NCBI GenBank assembly: GCA_937916125.1
Contig: CALGGE010000066.1
Location: forward strand, 27,908 to 91,907
DNA length: 64,000 bases
From: an uncultured Elusimicrobia bacterium
GTDB taxonomy: Bacteria > Elusimicrobiota > Endomicrobiia > Endomicrobiales > Endomicrobiaceae
Direction: 5' to 3'
Below the pieces are notes generated by a model that was given only the letters and a program-made list of their open reading frames with translations, did no database searches and was not told the origin of the DNA. Of the stretch, positions 8,861-17,567 are shown one piece after another. Each line of letters opens with the position of its first letter. The first letter of the stretch is position 1. The translations under genes and the position numbers were made by a program.

Positions 8861-9889
8861 TTAAATGCTTTTTTTGACATCACCGCGATCGGTAACTATT
8901 CGATAACCTGCATTTTGTACTCTTCGTTCCAAACAACCTCTGCATTCAGCAGCTTCTTCTCCGGTGCAAATTTTGTTATCATATAAAGAGTACAATTTTC
9001 TATATCCTACGGGAGAAAGGTTAGGCATAACTACGTTTGCCCCCGCTTTCAGCCCCAATTCTCGCCCCTCGGGAGATACTGTGCCCAATGCCGTAGTCGC
9101 CGGAATCAACGCATAAGGAAACATCAATCTTAAAATTGCAATAAGTTTTAATGTTACGGTTAAACTTCCGTTTTTTAATTTTTCAAAGCGGGTATTTTTT
9201 GCCGGTATAAACGGACCTATTCCTATCATATCGGGTTTAAGTTTCTGTAAAAAACGCAAATCTTCAATAAGATTTTCCACAGTTTGATAAGGAGAACCTA
9301 CCATAAAACCGCTTCCTACCTGATAACCTGTTTCTTTTAAATCAAAAAGACATTTTTTTCTGTTTTCCAACGATAAATTATCAGGATGAAGTTTTTTATA
9401 ATGAGATTCCGTTGCCGTTTCATGACGAAGAAAATATCTCTCTGCACCGGCATTAAAAAATGCCTGATAACTGCCTCTGCTTTTTTCTCCCAAAGATAAA
9501 GTTACAGCACAGTCAGGATATTCTTGTTTTATTGTGCATATTATATCGCAAATTTTTTCATCGGTAAAAAAGACATCTTCCCCGCCCTGCAAAACAAAAG
9601 TTCTGTAGCCCAAACCATATCCCTGTTTACAGCAGTTAAGAATTTCTTTTTTTGTCAGTCTGTATCTTTCTATTTTTCTGTTGGTGCAATTTATTCCGCA
9701 ATAATAACAACCGTTTTTACAATAGTTCGTTATTTCTATTAATCCTCGTAAATAAACGGCATCACCGTAAACTTCACGCCGTACGGAATCCGCCTGTTTA
9801 AAAAGTTCTTCATTGACGGAATTATCGACAAGAAGTACCTTTAATTCTTTATCCAATAAGTTGTGAGTTGTTTTTAATTTATTTATCAT
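8861..9889 (-). CDS. hydE: [FeFe]-hydrogenase maturase HydE (radical SAM)
   Basis: 342 aa. The radical-SAM cluster motif NYCKNGCYYCGINCTNRKIERYRL and VLQGGED are present. The overall pattern is HydE-like rather than BioB-like. Confidence 0.7.
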   Translation of the reverse strand: MINKLKTTHNLLDKELKVLLVDNSVNEELFKQADSVRREVYGDAVYLRGLIEITNYCKNGCYYCGINCTNRKIERYRLTKKEILNCCKQGYGLGYRTFVLQGGEDVFFTDEKICDIICTIKQEYPDCAVTLSLGEKSRGSYQAFFNAGAERYFLRHETATESHYKKLHPDNLSLENRKKCLFDLKETGYQVGSGFMVGSPYQTVENLIEDLRFLQKLKPDMIGIGPFIPAKNTRFEKLKNGSLTVTLKLIAILRLMFPYALIPATTALGTVSPEGRELGLKAGANVVMPNLSPVGYRKLYSLYDNKICTGEEAAECRGCLERRVQNAGYRIVTDRGDVKKSI

Positions 9890-9976
9890 AAGCGGTATTT
9901 TAGCATTTTTTTATAAAAAAATGAAGAATAACCGTATCCCCCTTCATACGGAATGAAATACGGAACGTGCGGAAAA

Positions 9977-12900
9977 TTATGCCGCGGATAATAATGATTT
10001 TATATATTGCGTTGAGACTTCGGCAGATTTTACGACAGATACTTTTTTGCCGTATGTATCCATTAATAATTCCGGAATTCCCGTAAAGTCTGCAATTGCC
10101 GACGGAGAAACTTTTGTTATTTTGTATTCGTTCTGTCTTAAAATATTGTCCAAGTCTCCGTTAAGTCTTATTTTTATGGAATCCAAAAATTCTTTCGCCG
10201 TCATTTCGCTTTCGATTTCTTTTGTTTTGTAAATATCTTCCATGGTATTGCCGTTTAAAATATTCTGTATTGTAAGAATAAGTATTGCCTGAACCGTATC
10301 GGTTTTAATATTTTTCATTAATTTGTTTTCATCAATATCTATAATATTTGCAATATTTTTTGCGACGGTATTCATTACAACACCGCGGATAAAACCTACC
10401 GTTTCCTCATATTTTTCTTTTGCCGTCAAATATTCAATGTATGTTCTTGCATCATCACTGAATAATGATAAATTTAACTTTAATATTTCTTCTCTTAAAT
10501 ATCCGTTACTGTTTCCAATATCAACGGACAATATACCGCTGTCAATTATTTGTTTTACATCTTTTGCCGTATAATCAAACTTACGGCTTAATGCAGCGTT
10601 TATCCCCTTTTTAAATTTTTGCTCGTTTGTTTCTGCTCGCCTGAATTTTGATTTATTTTTATTTATAAACATTTTAGTATTTTCATCTATTACGACACTT
10701 ACAAAACTTTCCATTCTTAAAATTCTTTCAAAATAGTCGTCGGATATTTGTCTTTCAATATTCTTCAGTTTGCTCATATCAAACTCTTTTTTACCGAATA
10801 GAATACCGTTTATATCATCAACTATCGGTATTATTCCGTATTCATCAAATATATCAACATTATATAATCCGTAATAAATTTCATTACTGAATTTTATCGA
10901 TATTTTAGTATCTATACCTTTAGCTAATTTTATCGTTTTCAGCTTTTCCAAAAGTTCCAATGCTTTTTCCTTTTCGGTAATATCTTCGGCAATAATTCTT
11001 GCTCCGTCAAACAAAACTTCGGAAAACTCATCACTTCTGTCATAAGAAATTATGAATTTATATCCTGCATCCTGCAGTCTTTGCAATTCACGGTTATACT
11101 TTTCCGCTTGAGCCTTGCTTATTATAAAAGTTTTTGTTTCTGAGGCAATTTCTTCATTTTTGCATACTGCAGAAATATCAGTTATATTTCTTTCGGAGAT
11201 ATCAAGCTTTATTTCTTTGCCCGGAACGGTAATCGAATTTGTTATTTCATTTTTTAATTTATTTTGTATCGAATACAAAGTTTGCTCTTCAAGGTCTGCA
11301 AATACGATTGCCGTTTCAAAAGAATCGTTTTTCCTTGTATCGTAGTAAGCAGCAGTAATTAAATCCTGCAATTGCCGCTTATCAATATCAATGCCTTTTT
11401 TTGAATATACCGTCAATTTCCCGTCAGATTTATCATATTTAACACGAATACCTTTTTCAACATCAAGTATAAACCCGCCTCTTACCGTCTGTGTGGGTTC
11501 CGTTATTATTTCCATATTGACTACGATAATATTTGTTTCTGCAACAGCCAAACTTTGCAGGTAGTCTTTTTGTTTATAATCTTCTGTTATAACTATATTT
11601 TTGTCGATAATTCCGAATATTCCCGACCTGTTTTTAAAAACAGCATCAAACAATTCGTTAATAAATAACATTTGTCCTGCGATTTCAGAAACAAATTGTG
11701 AAACCGTATAATATTGTAAATTAACCCGCTTGACCGTATCATAAGAAACGTCCTTAATTTTTGAAATCAGGTTAGGCATAATATTCGCTATAATCCCGGA
11801 AACATATTCCGAAAACTTGTTGTTTATCGACGGTTTTATTGTTGCAAAATAATTCCAAACAAAATGTGCTGTCGTTTCGGTAATAAATAATGCAAAAAGC
11901 GAACCGGTGCCTATCCCTATCCCTATACTTAATGCTCTTATCACCCAAATCACAGGCGTCATTTTTGTTTGTATCGATAAAGGAAAATTATGTGCATTAA
12001 TAAAATTCGGAGTCCAGAAAACAAAAGTTTCAAGTAATACGCCTATTGCCACGCCTAATTTTGTTGTTTTGAAAAATTTCCCCGAATTTTCTTTGTATAT
12101 GCTTTTTATTATTTTTGAATTGCCTATTTTGGTCAATAAATTTTGCGTTGAAGGAAGCATAAGCTGTGCATATTTATTATAATTTACATCAACATACATA
12201 CCGTTTTCTTCCATAATAGGGTATATTCTCCCCGTGGTTTTGTTATCATCGTCTTCTTCTATTACGGCTCGAATTGATTTTACCAATGAATGATTTAATT
12301 CGTCTATTTGATCATTTGTTATAAAAAGAGTATTGTTCGACAAATATCTCGGAGCATTGGCAACATCTTTAAGAGATAATTTTCCGTTCATTTGTTTTAA
12401 TTCTTCCGGAGTTTTGGAATCCAGAAGTTTTATCAATGAGTAAAACAGATTTGATACTTTTATTGTTTTATTATCCGAATCCATTGTTTTTGTATAAGCA
12501 TAAACCGTTTCTTTTCCCGCATCGGTAATTATTTGAGGGAAAACGTCTATTCCGATATTTATTAATTCTTTAATAACATTTTCCGCAAATTTATAAGAAT
12601 GGCAGCTTGAAAACATTAATGTTATATTTCTTAAATTAACACCGTTATCATGAGCATTTATCAATGCTTGTGATATTTGTTTTACGGTAAAACCTCTTCC
12701 GGACGAATAGAATATTTCGTCATCCAAACCGTGTCCGTCAAAAATAAACAAGCCTTTTTCCTGACCGTATTCATTAAAACGTTCTATTCTGTGAAGAAAC
12801 ATATTTGCTTCTACCATTGTCTCGGTTACATGCATTCTTTTTACATATCTGAGAAGTGTTTTTTTGGATAACGGTTGATCTTTTCTTCTGTTGATATAGT

Positions 12901-15900
12901 CAACAATATCCTTTTTTACAACTACGCTTCCTTTTTCTTTTTCAAGATATTCCAATAATTCCGGAACATTTATCTCGTCCGTGTATTTTGTGTTTATAAA
13001 ATCCAAAACTTTATCTGCGAAAGAAATTTCTATATATTCAAATAAATCGGGTTCTACATCGAGTTTTTTTAAAATTTCTTCTATTCCCACAGGCGTAAAT
13101 CTTTGTGTTTTACCGTCAGCATTCTTTTCGTTATTATGTATTGAAAATATTGCCATTTTATTTACGATAAGGTAAAGGTCGGCAATAATGGCATCTAATT
13201 TATTATAATATTCCAAAGTATCAGCAATTATACTTTCTATTTTGTACGTCGGTATCGAAAATATATTGTCTCCCGATATTGAATATATTCTTCTGGCTAC
13301 TCTTATTGCCAGCTGATATTGACGTGTAATATCTTTTATGTCGTTTTGCTTACAGTAGTCTTCCATAGCCTTACTGAAAAACACCGACATGGAAAAAGCT
13401 TTGTTTTCAAGATCCAAAGAATCTATCCTATATGTTTCCAAATCATCAACCAGATCTACAAATTTTTGAAAATCAAAAGTTCTGCCGTACCGTACATCAA
13501 AATCACTGAATAACAAATCAATTACATATCTGTTATAAAATTCAACATATCTGAAATTTTCCAATATATATCCGTTAACTTTTTTCCCTTTAAAACTTTC
13601 AATATATTCTTCGGCAACTTCGCTGTTTTCTTTTAAATCTGCACGAGTGATCAATTTCATTAAATAATTAAAGTCTTCCTGTGTATAATTGAAATTTTCG
13701 GCAAGTATTAAGATAAATTTTAATTTTAACGGACTAAAAGATATACTATAATCATGTTCGGATTTTTTATAAAAATCAAATATAAGATTTCTGATTGATG
13801 AATTTAAATTTAAGAAATCGGATATATTTTCTCTTGTTTTTAACTCCGCAATAAATCTGTATTCGCAATAATTATACAATTTATCAAAATCGCTTATTGT
13901 ATATCCGTTTTTCTTTACGATATCCAAAAGAACCTGAAGCATAATTGAACTTATGTCGTCGGAATAAGTATCAAGTGCATACTCGTAAAAATCCGTAAAG
14001 CGGTTGCGTGAAATTTTGTCCATATTAAAAAACATATATATATATTCTTCTTTTTCAAGAAGAGTAATAATTTTGCAATATATTTCTTTTTGGTCATAAT
14101 TTATATTTGTAAATTCTAAAAGAAGTTTGTTTAATAAAGTCGTTGACGTTATTTGGTTGTTTCTTATATAATCGATTATATTTCTGTTGAATCCTGATGC
14201 TCTTACAACTTTATTTTGTAAATCTTTTACGTTTGCTTCTACGGAGGCAGAGTCCGCTTGTTTTTCGAATTCAATTTTGTTTTCTTCGGATAAAGCTTCT
14301 TTTCGTTCCGCATCATCCGTCTCTTCAAGGAAACTTATTATTTTTTGTCCCCTCTCGAATATCTCGAACGAGTCAAATATTTTATATAAATCATCAAGCA
14401 TATCGGAAATAAGAAGTAATGATTGTTTTGCCGTTCCTTTCTGCAACAAATCTATTACTCTTTGCAAATTCTCTTTATTGCTTATCAAAGTTTGTAAGTT
14501 TTTGATTTCTGACACAAGCTCCGGCGTAACTTTCTGTTTATGAAGGTCATCTACCGTTGCCTTAACGACTTCCGTTATTGTTTCTCGAATATCCCCTATA
14601 TCGTCACTTTCCAATATCTTTGCCGCAGCCAAATCCGAAATAAGTTGTATTCTTTCTTCGTCGTCAAGTTCGTTTATTTTCTGTTTCTGTTGAGGATAGG
14701 TAAGCCTATCATTTATTATCTGTTGTGCCGAAGGAGATATTGAGGCAACGGCAGGTGCTATCATTTGGAAAGATATTTTACTCTGTTCTTTTGCTATTTG
14801 ATAATATGTCTTTTGTGCAACATCTATACCATCGGAAACATTAGGTGTTATTACGATATAACTTACACCCTTTTCTTTCAACATTTCCGTTACGGTATTT
14901 GAATGGAAGCCTCCCGTTACAACAATATCCAACTTTTTAACATTTTTCATATTGGCAATAATTTTATTTATATCATTATCAGCTTTAGTATCAAAATGAT
15001 TTTCGGCAGGTTTGTTATCGTCATTGAACAAATTTTTTGCAAAATATAAATTTCTGTCATTGTTTATCTTATAGAACTTATCGGTTTCATCCATATATTC
15101 GTCCAACATGCTCAATACTCTGTTATCGGCATATTTATTCCACAACCGTTTATAAGTTTCTATATTTTCTTTGTAATAATTATAATCATCGGAAGTTATT
15201 TTACCTGTTACATAATCCCGCAAATATTTTTCAAAATTCGTCATAAAAACGATATCTCTTTGAACTTTCGTCTCGGAGAATCTTGTATTTATCTCTTCGG
15301 TAAGCTTGGCTTCTTCGCTTATCAAATCCAACGGATTTATTTTTTGACTTAATTCTATGTATCTGAAATATTTATCAAGTTCCGAATATTTGCCGCTTAA
15401 ATCCAAATTTTCCTGTCTGCACAGTTTTATTATGTATGTGTAAAGTTTATCGACTCCGGAAAAATTATCGGTATTATCAATTAACTGTTTGTAGGTGTTA
15501 TAAGGAAGTATTTGTTTCAGAAAAAACAACAAACTTTGCATTTGTTCCGTTATTTTTGAAAAATTAAGCCTGCTCTGCATATTGAGCAACATTATGTACG
15601 CAAAAGTATTTTCGTATTTTGTTAAATCTATTCCTAACTTATCTATATGTTTTGACAGTAAAGTATAATATTTTTGCGGTGAGAGTTTATCTTCTTTGAA
15701 TTTTTTTGAAAGGTTTTCAAGTTTAAATTGTCTCTTTGTATAATGTTGTTTTTTTAATTTTTGAGAATCTTCTTCAATCGCTTTCAATATTAAATCTATT
15801 TTTTCCTGATTTTCTATTATTTTACCGAATCTTTTTAAATTTTCCAAATAGGGTTCTTTTTCTTCCAATCCGTTTATTATTTCTGTTTTTCCGCTTTTTG

Positions 15901-16339
15901 CACTGTAATACTCGGCTCCTGTTAATCTTCCCGTTTCAAGGATTGTATCTAAAAGTTCTTCTTTTTTAGGGTTTTGGTTTATTTTGTCTGTCAACCAATT
16001 TGTGCTTACTTTACCGTAGGCACCTTCCAAATATATTTTGTTTATGCCGAATTTATTATCAAATGTTTCTATAATATTGCTTATATTTTTTTGTACTTTC
16101 GGATGACAGTGCAAATCCTGAATATTTATTATTACTCTGTCCGTTCCGGCATAATGAGCTTTTGTTATTTGTCCGTAACCGTACGGCAAAACAAAGTCAT
16201 CAAATATTTTACTATACCGATTTACTATTTCTTTGTTTATAATAATACTTGCCGTTGAAGGCTGAATTACAAATGATATTAACAAACTTATCGTTACAAT
16301 TAAAGAAATAAGTTTCTTAAATCTCATTATAATTTTCAT
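9977..16339 (-). CDS. giant membrane-anchored multidomain protein, paralog P1 (ChaN/TraB-like N-module; clan-CD-like His/Cys dyad; hydrophobic CPBP-like block; LLSAA tail)
   Basis: Start placed at MKIIMRFKK (GGAG 8 nt upstream); the track ORF extends to 16381. Signal/anchor peptide LISLIVTISLLISFVIQPSTAS. Motifs: INIQDLHCH (16103-16129), YLEGA, VVTGGFH (14903-14923), FIFDGHG...43 aa...SSCHS (12596-12748). TM block 11840-12070. No database search was run. Confidence 0.8.
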   Translation of the reverse strand: MKIIMRFKKLISLIVTISLLISFVIQPSTASIIINKEIVNRYSKIFDDFVLPYGYGQITKAHYAGTDRVIINIQDLHCHPKVQKNISNIIETFDNKFGINKIYLEGAYGKVSTNWLTDKINQNPKKEELLDTILETGRLTGAEYYSAKSGKTEIINGLEEKEPYLENLKRFGKIIENQEKIDLILKAIEEDSQKLKKQHYTKRQFKLENLSKKFKEDKLSPQKYYTLLSKHIDKLGIDLTKYENTFAYIMLLNMQSRLNFSKITEQMQSLLFFLKQILPYNTYKQLIDNTDNFSGVDKLYTYIIKLCRQENLDLSGKYSELDKYFRYIELSQKINPLDLISEEAKLTEEINTRFSETKVQRDIVFMTNFEKYLRDYVTGKITSDDYNYYKENIETYKRLWNKYADNRVLSMLDEYMDETDKFYKINNDRNLYFAKNLFNDDNKPAENHFDTKADNDINKIIANMKNVKKLDIVVTGGFHSNTVTEMLKEKGVSYIVITPNVSDGIDVAQKTYYQIAKEQSKISFQMIAPAVASISPSAQQIINDRLTYPQQKQKINELDDEERIQLISDLAAAKILESDDIGDIRETITEVVKATVDDLHKQKVTPELVSEIKNLQTLISNKENLQRVIDLLQKGTAKQSLLLISDMLDDLYKIFDSFEIFERGQKIISFLEETDDAERKEALSEENKIEFEKQADSASVEANVKDLQNKVVRASGFNRNIIDYIRNNQITSTTLLNKLLLEFTNINYDQKEIYCKIITLLEKEEYIYMFFNMDKISRNRFTDFYEYALDTYSDDISSIMLQVLLDIVKKNGYTISDFDKLYNYCEYRFIAELKTRENISDFLNLNSSIRNLIFDFYKKSEHDYSISFSPLKLKFILILAENFNYTQEDFNYLMKLITRADLKENSEVAEEYIESFKGKKVNGYILENFRYVEFYNRYVIDLLFSDFDVRYGRTFDFQKFVDLVDDLETYRIDSLDLENKAFSMSVFFSKAMEDYCKQNDIKDITRQYQLAIRVARRIYSISGDNIFSIPTYKIESIIADTLEYYNKLDAIIADLYLIVNKMAIFSIHNNEKNADGKTQRFTPVGIEEILKKLDVEPDLFEYIEISFADKVLDFINTKYTDEINVPELLEYLEKEKGSVVVKKDIVDYINRRKDQPLSKKTLLRYVKRMHVTETMVEANMFLHRIERFNEYGQEKGLFIFDGHGLDDEIFYSSGRGFTVKQISQALINAHDNGVNLRNITLMFSSCHSYKFAENVIKELINIGIDVFPQIITDAGKETVYAYTKTMDSDNKTIKVSNLFYSLIKLLDSKTPEELKQMNGKLSLKDVANAPRYLSNNTLFITNDQIDELNHSLVKSIRAVIEEDDDNKTTGRIYPIMEENGMYVDVNYNKYAQLMLPSTQNLLTKIGNSKIIKSIYKENSGKFFKTTKLGVAIGVLLETFVFWTPNFINAHNFPLSIQTKMTPVIWVIRALSIGIGIGTGSLFALFITETTAHFVWNYFATIKPSINNKFSEYVSGIIANIMPNLISKIKDVSYDTVKRVNLQYYTVSQFVSEIAGQMLFINELFDAVFKNRSGIFGIIDKNIVITEDYKQKDYLQSLAVAETNIIVVNMEIITEPTQTVRGGFILDVEKGIRVKYDKSDGKLTVYSKKGIDIDKRQLQDLITAAYYDTRKNDSFETAIVFADLEEQTLYSIQNKLKNEITNSITVPGKEIKLDISERNITDISAVCKNEEIASETKTFIISKAQAEKYNRELQRLQDAGYKFIISYDRSDEFSEVLFDGARIIAEDITEKEKALELLEKLKTIKLAKGIDTKISIKFSNEIYYGLYNVDIFDEYGIIPIVDDINGILFGKKEFDMSKLKNIERQISDDYFERILRMESFVSVVIDENTKMFINKNKSKFRRAETNEQKFKKGINAALSRKFDYTAKDVKQIIDSGILSVDIGNSNGYLREEILKLNLSLFSDDARTYIEYLTAKEKYEETVGFIRGVVMNTVAKNIANIIDIDENKLMKNIKTDTVQAILILTIQNILNGNTMEDIYKTKEIESEMTAKEFLDSIKIRLNGDLDNILRQNEYKITKVSPSAIADFTGIPELLMDTYGKKVSVVKSAEVSTQYIKSLLSAA

Positions 16340-16373
16340 ATTTTCTTCTCCAATAAAAAAACTTGTATTGTTT

Positions 16374-16913
16374 TTACACAATACAAGCCCTTTCTATATG
16401 TTTTTTATTATAATTTATTGATATAGATCTCGGTAAAACATTGAATAATATTTTCATCAGTAATAATAAAAAAACACTTAATCGCAGAGGTATTTTCAGT
16501 GGATAACTTTTTAATTCAGGTATAAAATTTGTTGAATTTTTTATTTTATATACAACAAAAATCAAGATTAAATTTAACATAGTAATTGTTAAGTTTGCCG
16601 TGCCTATATACTCGTTTATCTTTACAAAATTTTTGTTGCTATCTTTATTTGCTTTTTTTGTTTGATGTTTATTTTGTGCGGTTTGTGGAAACATTGTGGA
16701 TAAGACATCGATTGTCATATTTATTGATGCAAAAAATTTCCCTGCAACAGAACCGCTTGCCGAAATATTTTTCTTTTTAAAACAAAAAGACAAAGAAAAA
16801 ATATTCAACACAAAAAACAACACAACAAAAAACGATAATATTTTGGTTTTATAACCTGTTTCCATACTTAAATTATAATCTACAAACCTGATATTTTCAA
16901 GAATTTCTTGCAA
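16374..16913 (-). CDS. small hypothetical membrane protein (3 predicted TM helices), immediately upstream of P1
   Basis: 179-aa ORF with hydrophobic helices ILSFFVVLFFVLNIFSLSFCF, LTITMLNLILIFVVY and LSVFLLLLMKILFNVL. It is co-oriented with P1, with the stop 35 nt before the P1 start. I recognise no family. Confidence 0.5.
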   Translation of the reverse strand: MQEILENIRFVDYNLSMETGYKTKILSFFVVLFFVLNIFSLSFCFKKKNISASGSVAGKFFASINMTIDVLSTMFPQTAQNKHQTKKANKDSNKNFVKINEYIGTANLTITMLNLILIFVVYKIKNSTNFIPELKSYPLKIPLRLSVFLLLLMKILFNVLPRSISINYNKKHIERACIV

Positions 16914-16933
16914 AAATTTTGTAAAAATTTTAA

Positions 16934-16962
16934 TTGACTATTTTTATTTTTATATATATAAT
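16934..16962 (+). promoter_or_regulatory. near-consensus sigma70 promoter for the TM1266-like gene
   Basis: TTGACT (16934-16939), a 17-nt spacer, then TATAAT (16957-16962). About 170 nt of leader follow before the ATG at 17134. Confidence 0.6.
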
Positions 16963-17133
16963 ATCGGTACATTGCAACGGATTGGCTTGGTTTTGCGGTA
17001 AAACTTTGAAAATCCCGTGGCTAAGAAATAAAACAAGTTGTTCGGTTTTTCCTAACAGCCGGTAAATCGGATTTTATTTTTTCGGTCTCTTTTTGCAATG
17101 ATGCAGAGAGAGTTTTTTATTTGAGGTAATTTT

Positions 17134-17421
17134 ATGTTAAAAAATGAAGAAACAAGAATAGCAATAATAGCAATAGTCATAGAAGATAAAACGAAGTCTA
17201 ATATTGTAAATTCCATATTACACGATTATGCTGATTTATTTGTCGGCAGGATGGGTATTCCGTTTAAAGAAAAGAAGATATCGGTTATTACTCTTATTGC
17301 TCAGGGAACTAATGATATTATTTCTTCTCTTACGGGAAAATTGGGACGGATAGAAGGTATTACGGTAAATTCAATGTTGACAAAAAAAGTTATAACGACA
17401 GTTGAAGAGTTGAAGAGTTGA
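17134..17421 (+). CDS. small ACT/NikR-C-like protein resembling the TM1266-family putative iron-only hydrogenase system regulator
   Basis: 95 aa. RIAIIAIVIED....IVNSILHDYADLFVGRMGIPFKEKKISVITLIAQGTNDIISSLTGKLGRIEG matches my recollection of TIGR03959. hydE is nearby. The last 8 codons (TTVEELKS) are encoded by the repeat array. Confidence 0.5.
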   Translation: MLKNEETRIAIIAIVIEDKTKSNIVNSILHDYADLFVGRMGIPFKEKKISVITLIAQGTNDIISSLTGKLGRIEGITVNSMLTKKVITTVEELKS

Positions 17422-17567
17422 AAACGGCAATGTACAATGTATGATGTACAATGTACAATGAACGGCAACGACAACGACAGTTGAAAAGTTGAAGAGTTGA
17501 AGAGTTGAAAACGGCAATGTACAATGTACAATGTATGATGAACGACAGTTGAAGAGTTTAAACGGCG
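17395..17567. repeat. largest mosaic oligomer repeat array (a ~75-80 bp composite unit, 2.3 copies)
   Basis: The unit is ACGACA + (GAGTTGAA)n + AACGGCAA + (TGTACAA/TGTATGA)n + TGAACGGC. It occurs at 17395-17468 and 17475-17550, with a partial copy at 17542-17567. It lies between the convergent TM1266-like gene and P2. Confidence 0.85.

Noticed and set aside
9932-9951. Hairpin CCGTAT-CCCCCTTC-ATACGG with a duplicated ATACGGAA motif between P1 and hydE, as a terminator
   Set aside because: It has only a 6-bp stem and the U-run lies ~10 nt away. It cannot be distinguished from chance, so P1 and hydE may be co-transcribed.
17301-17531. 76-aa minus-strand ORF (MYIVHCRFQLFNSSTFQL...) and the idea that the 17395-17567 array is a CRISPR array
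   Set aside because: The ORF is merely a translation of the tandem repeats. The array has 7-8 nt units without unique spacers and there are no cas genes, so it is not a CRISPR array.
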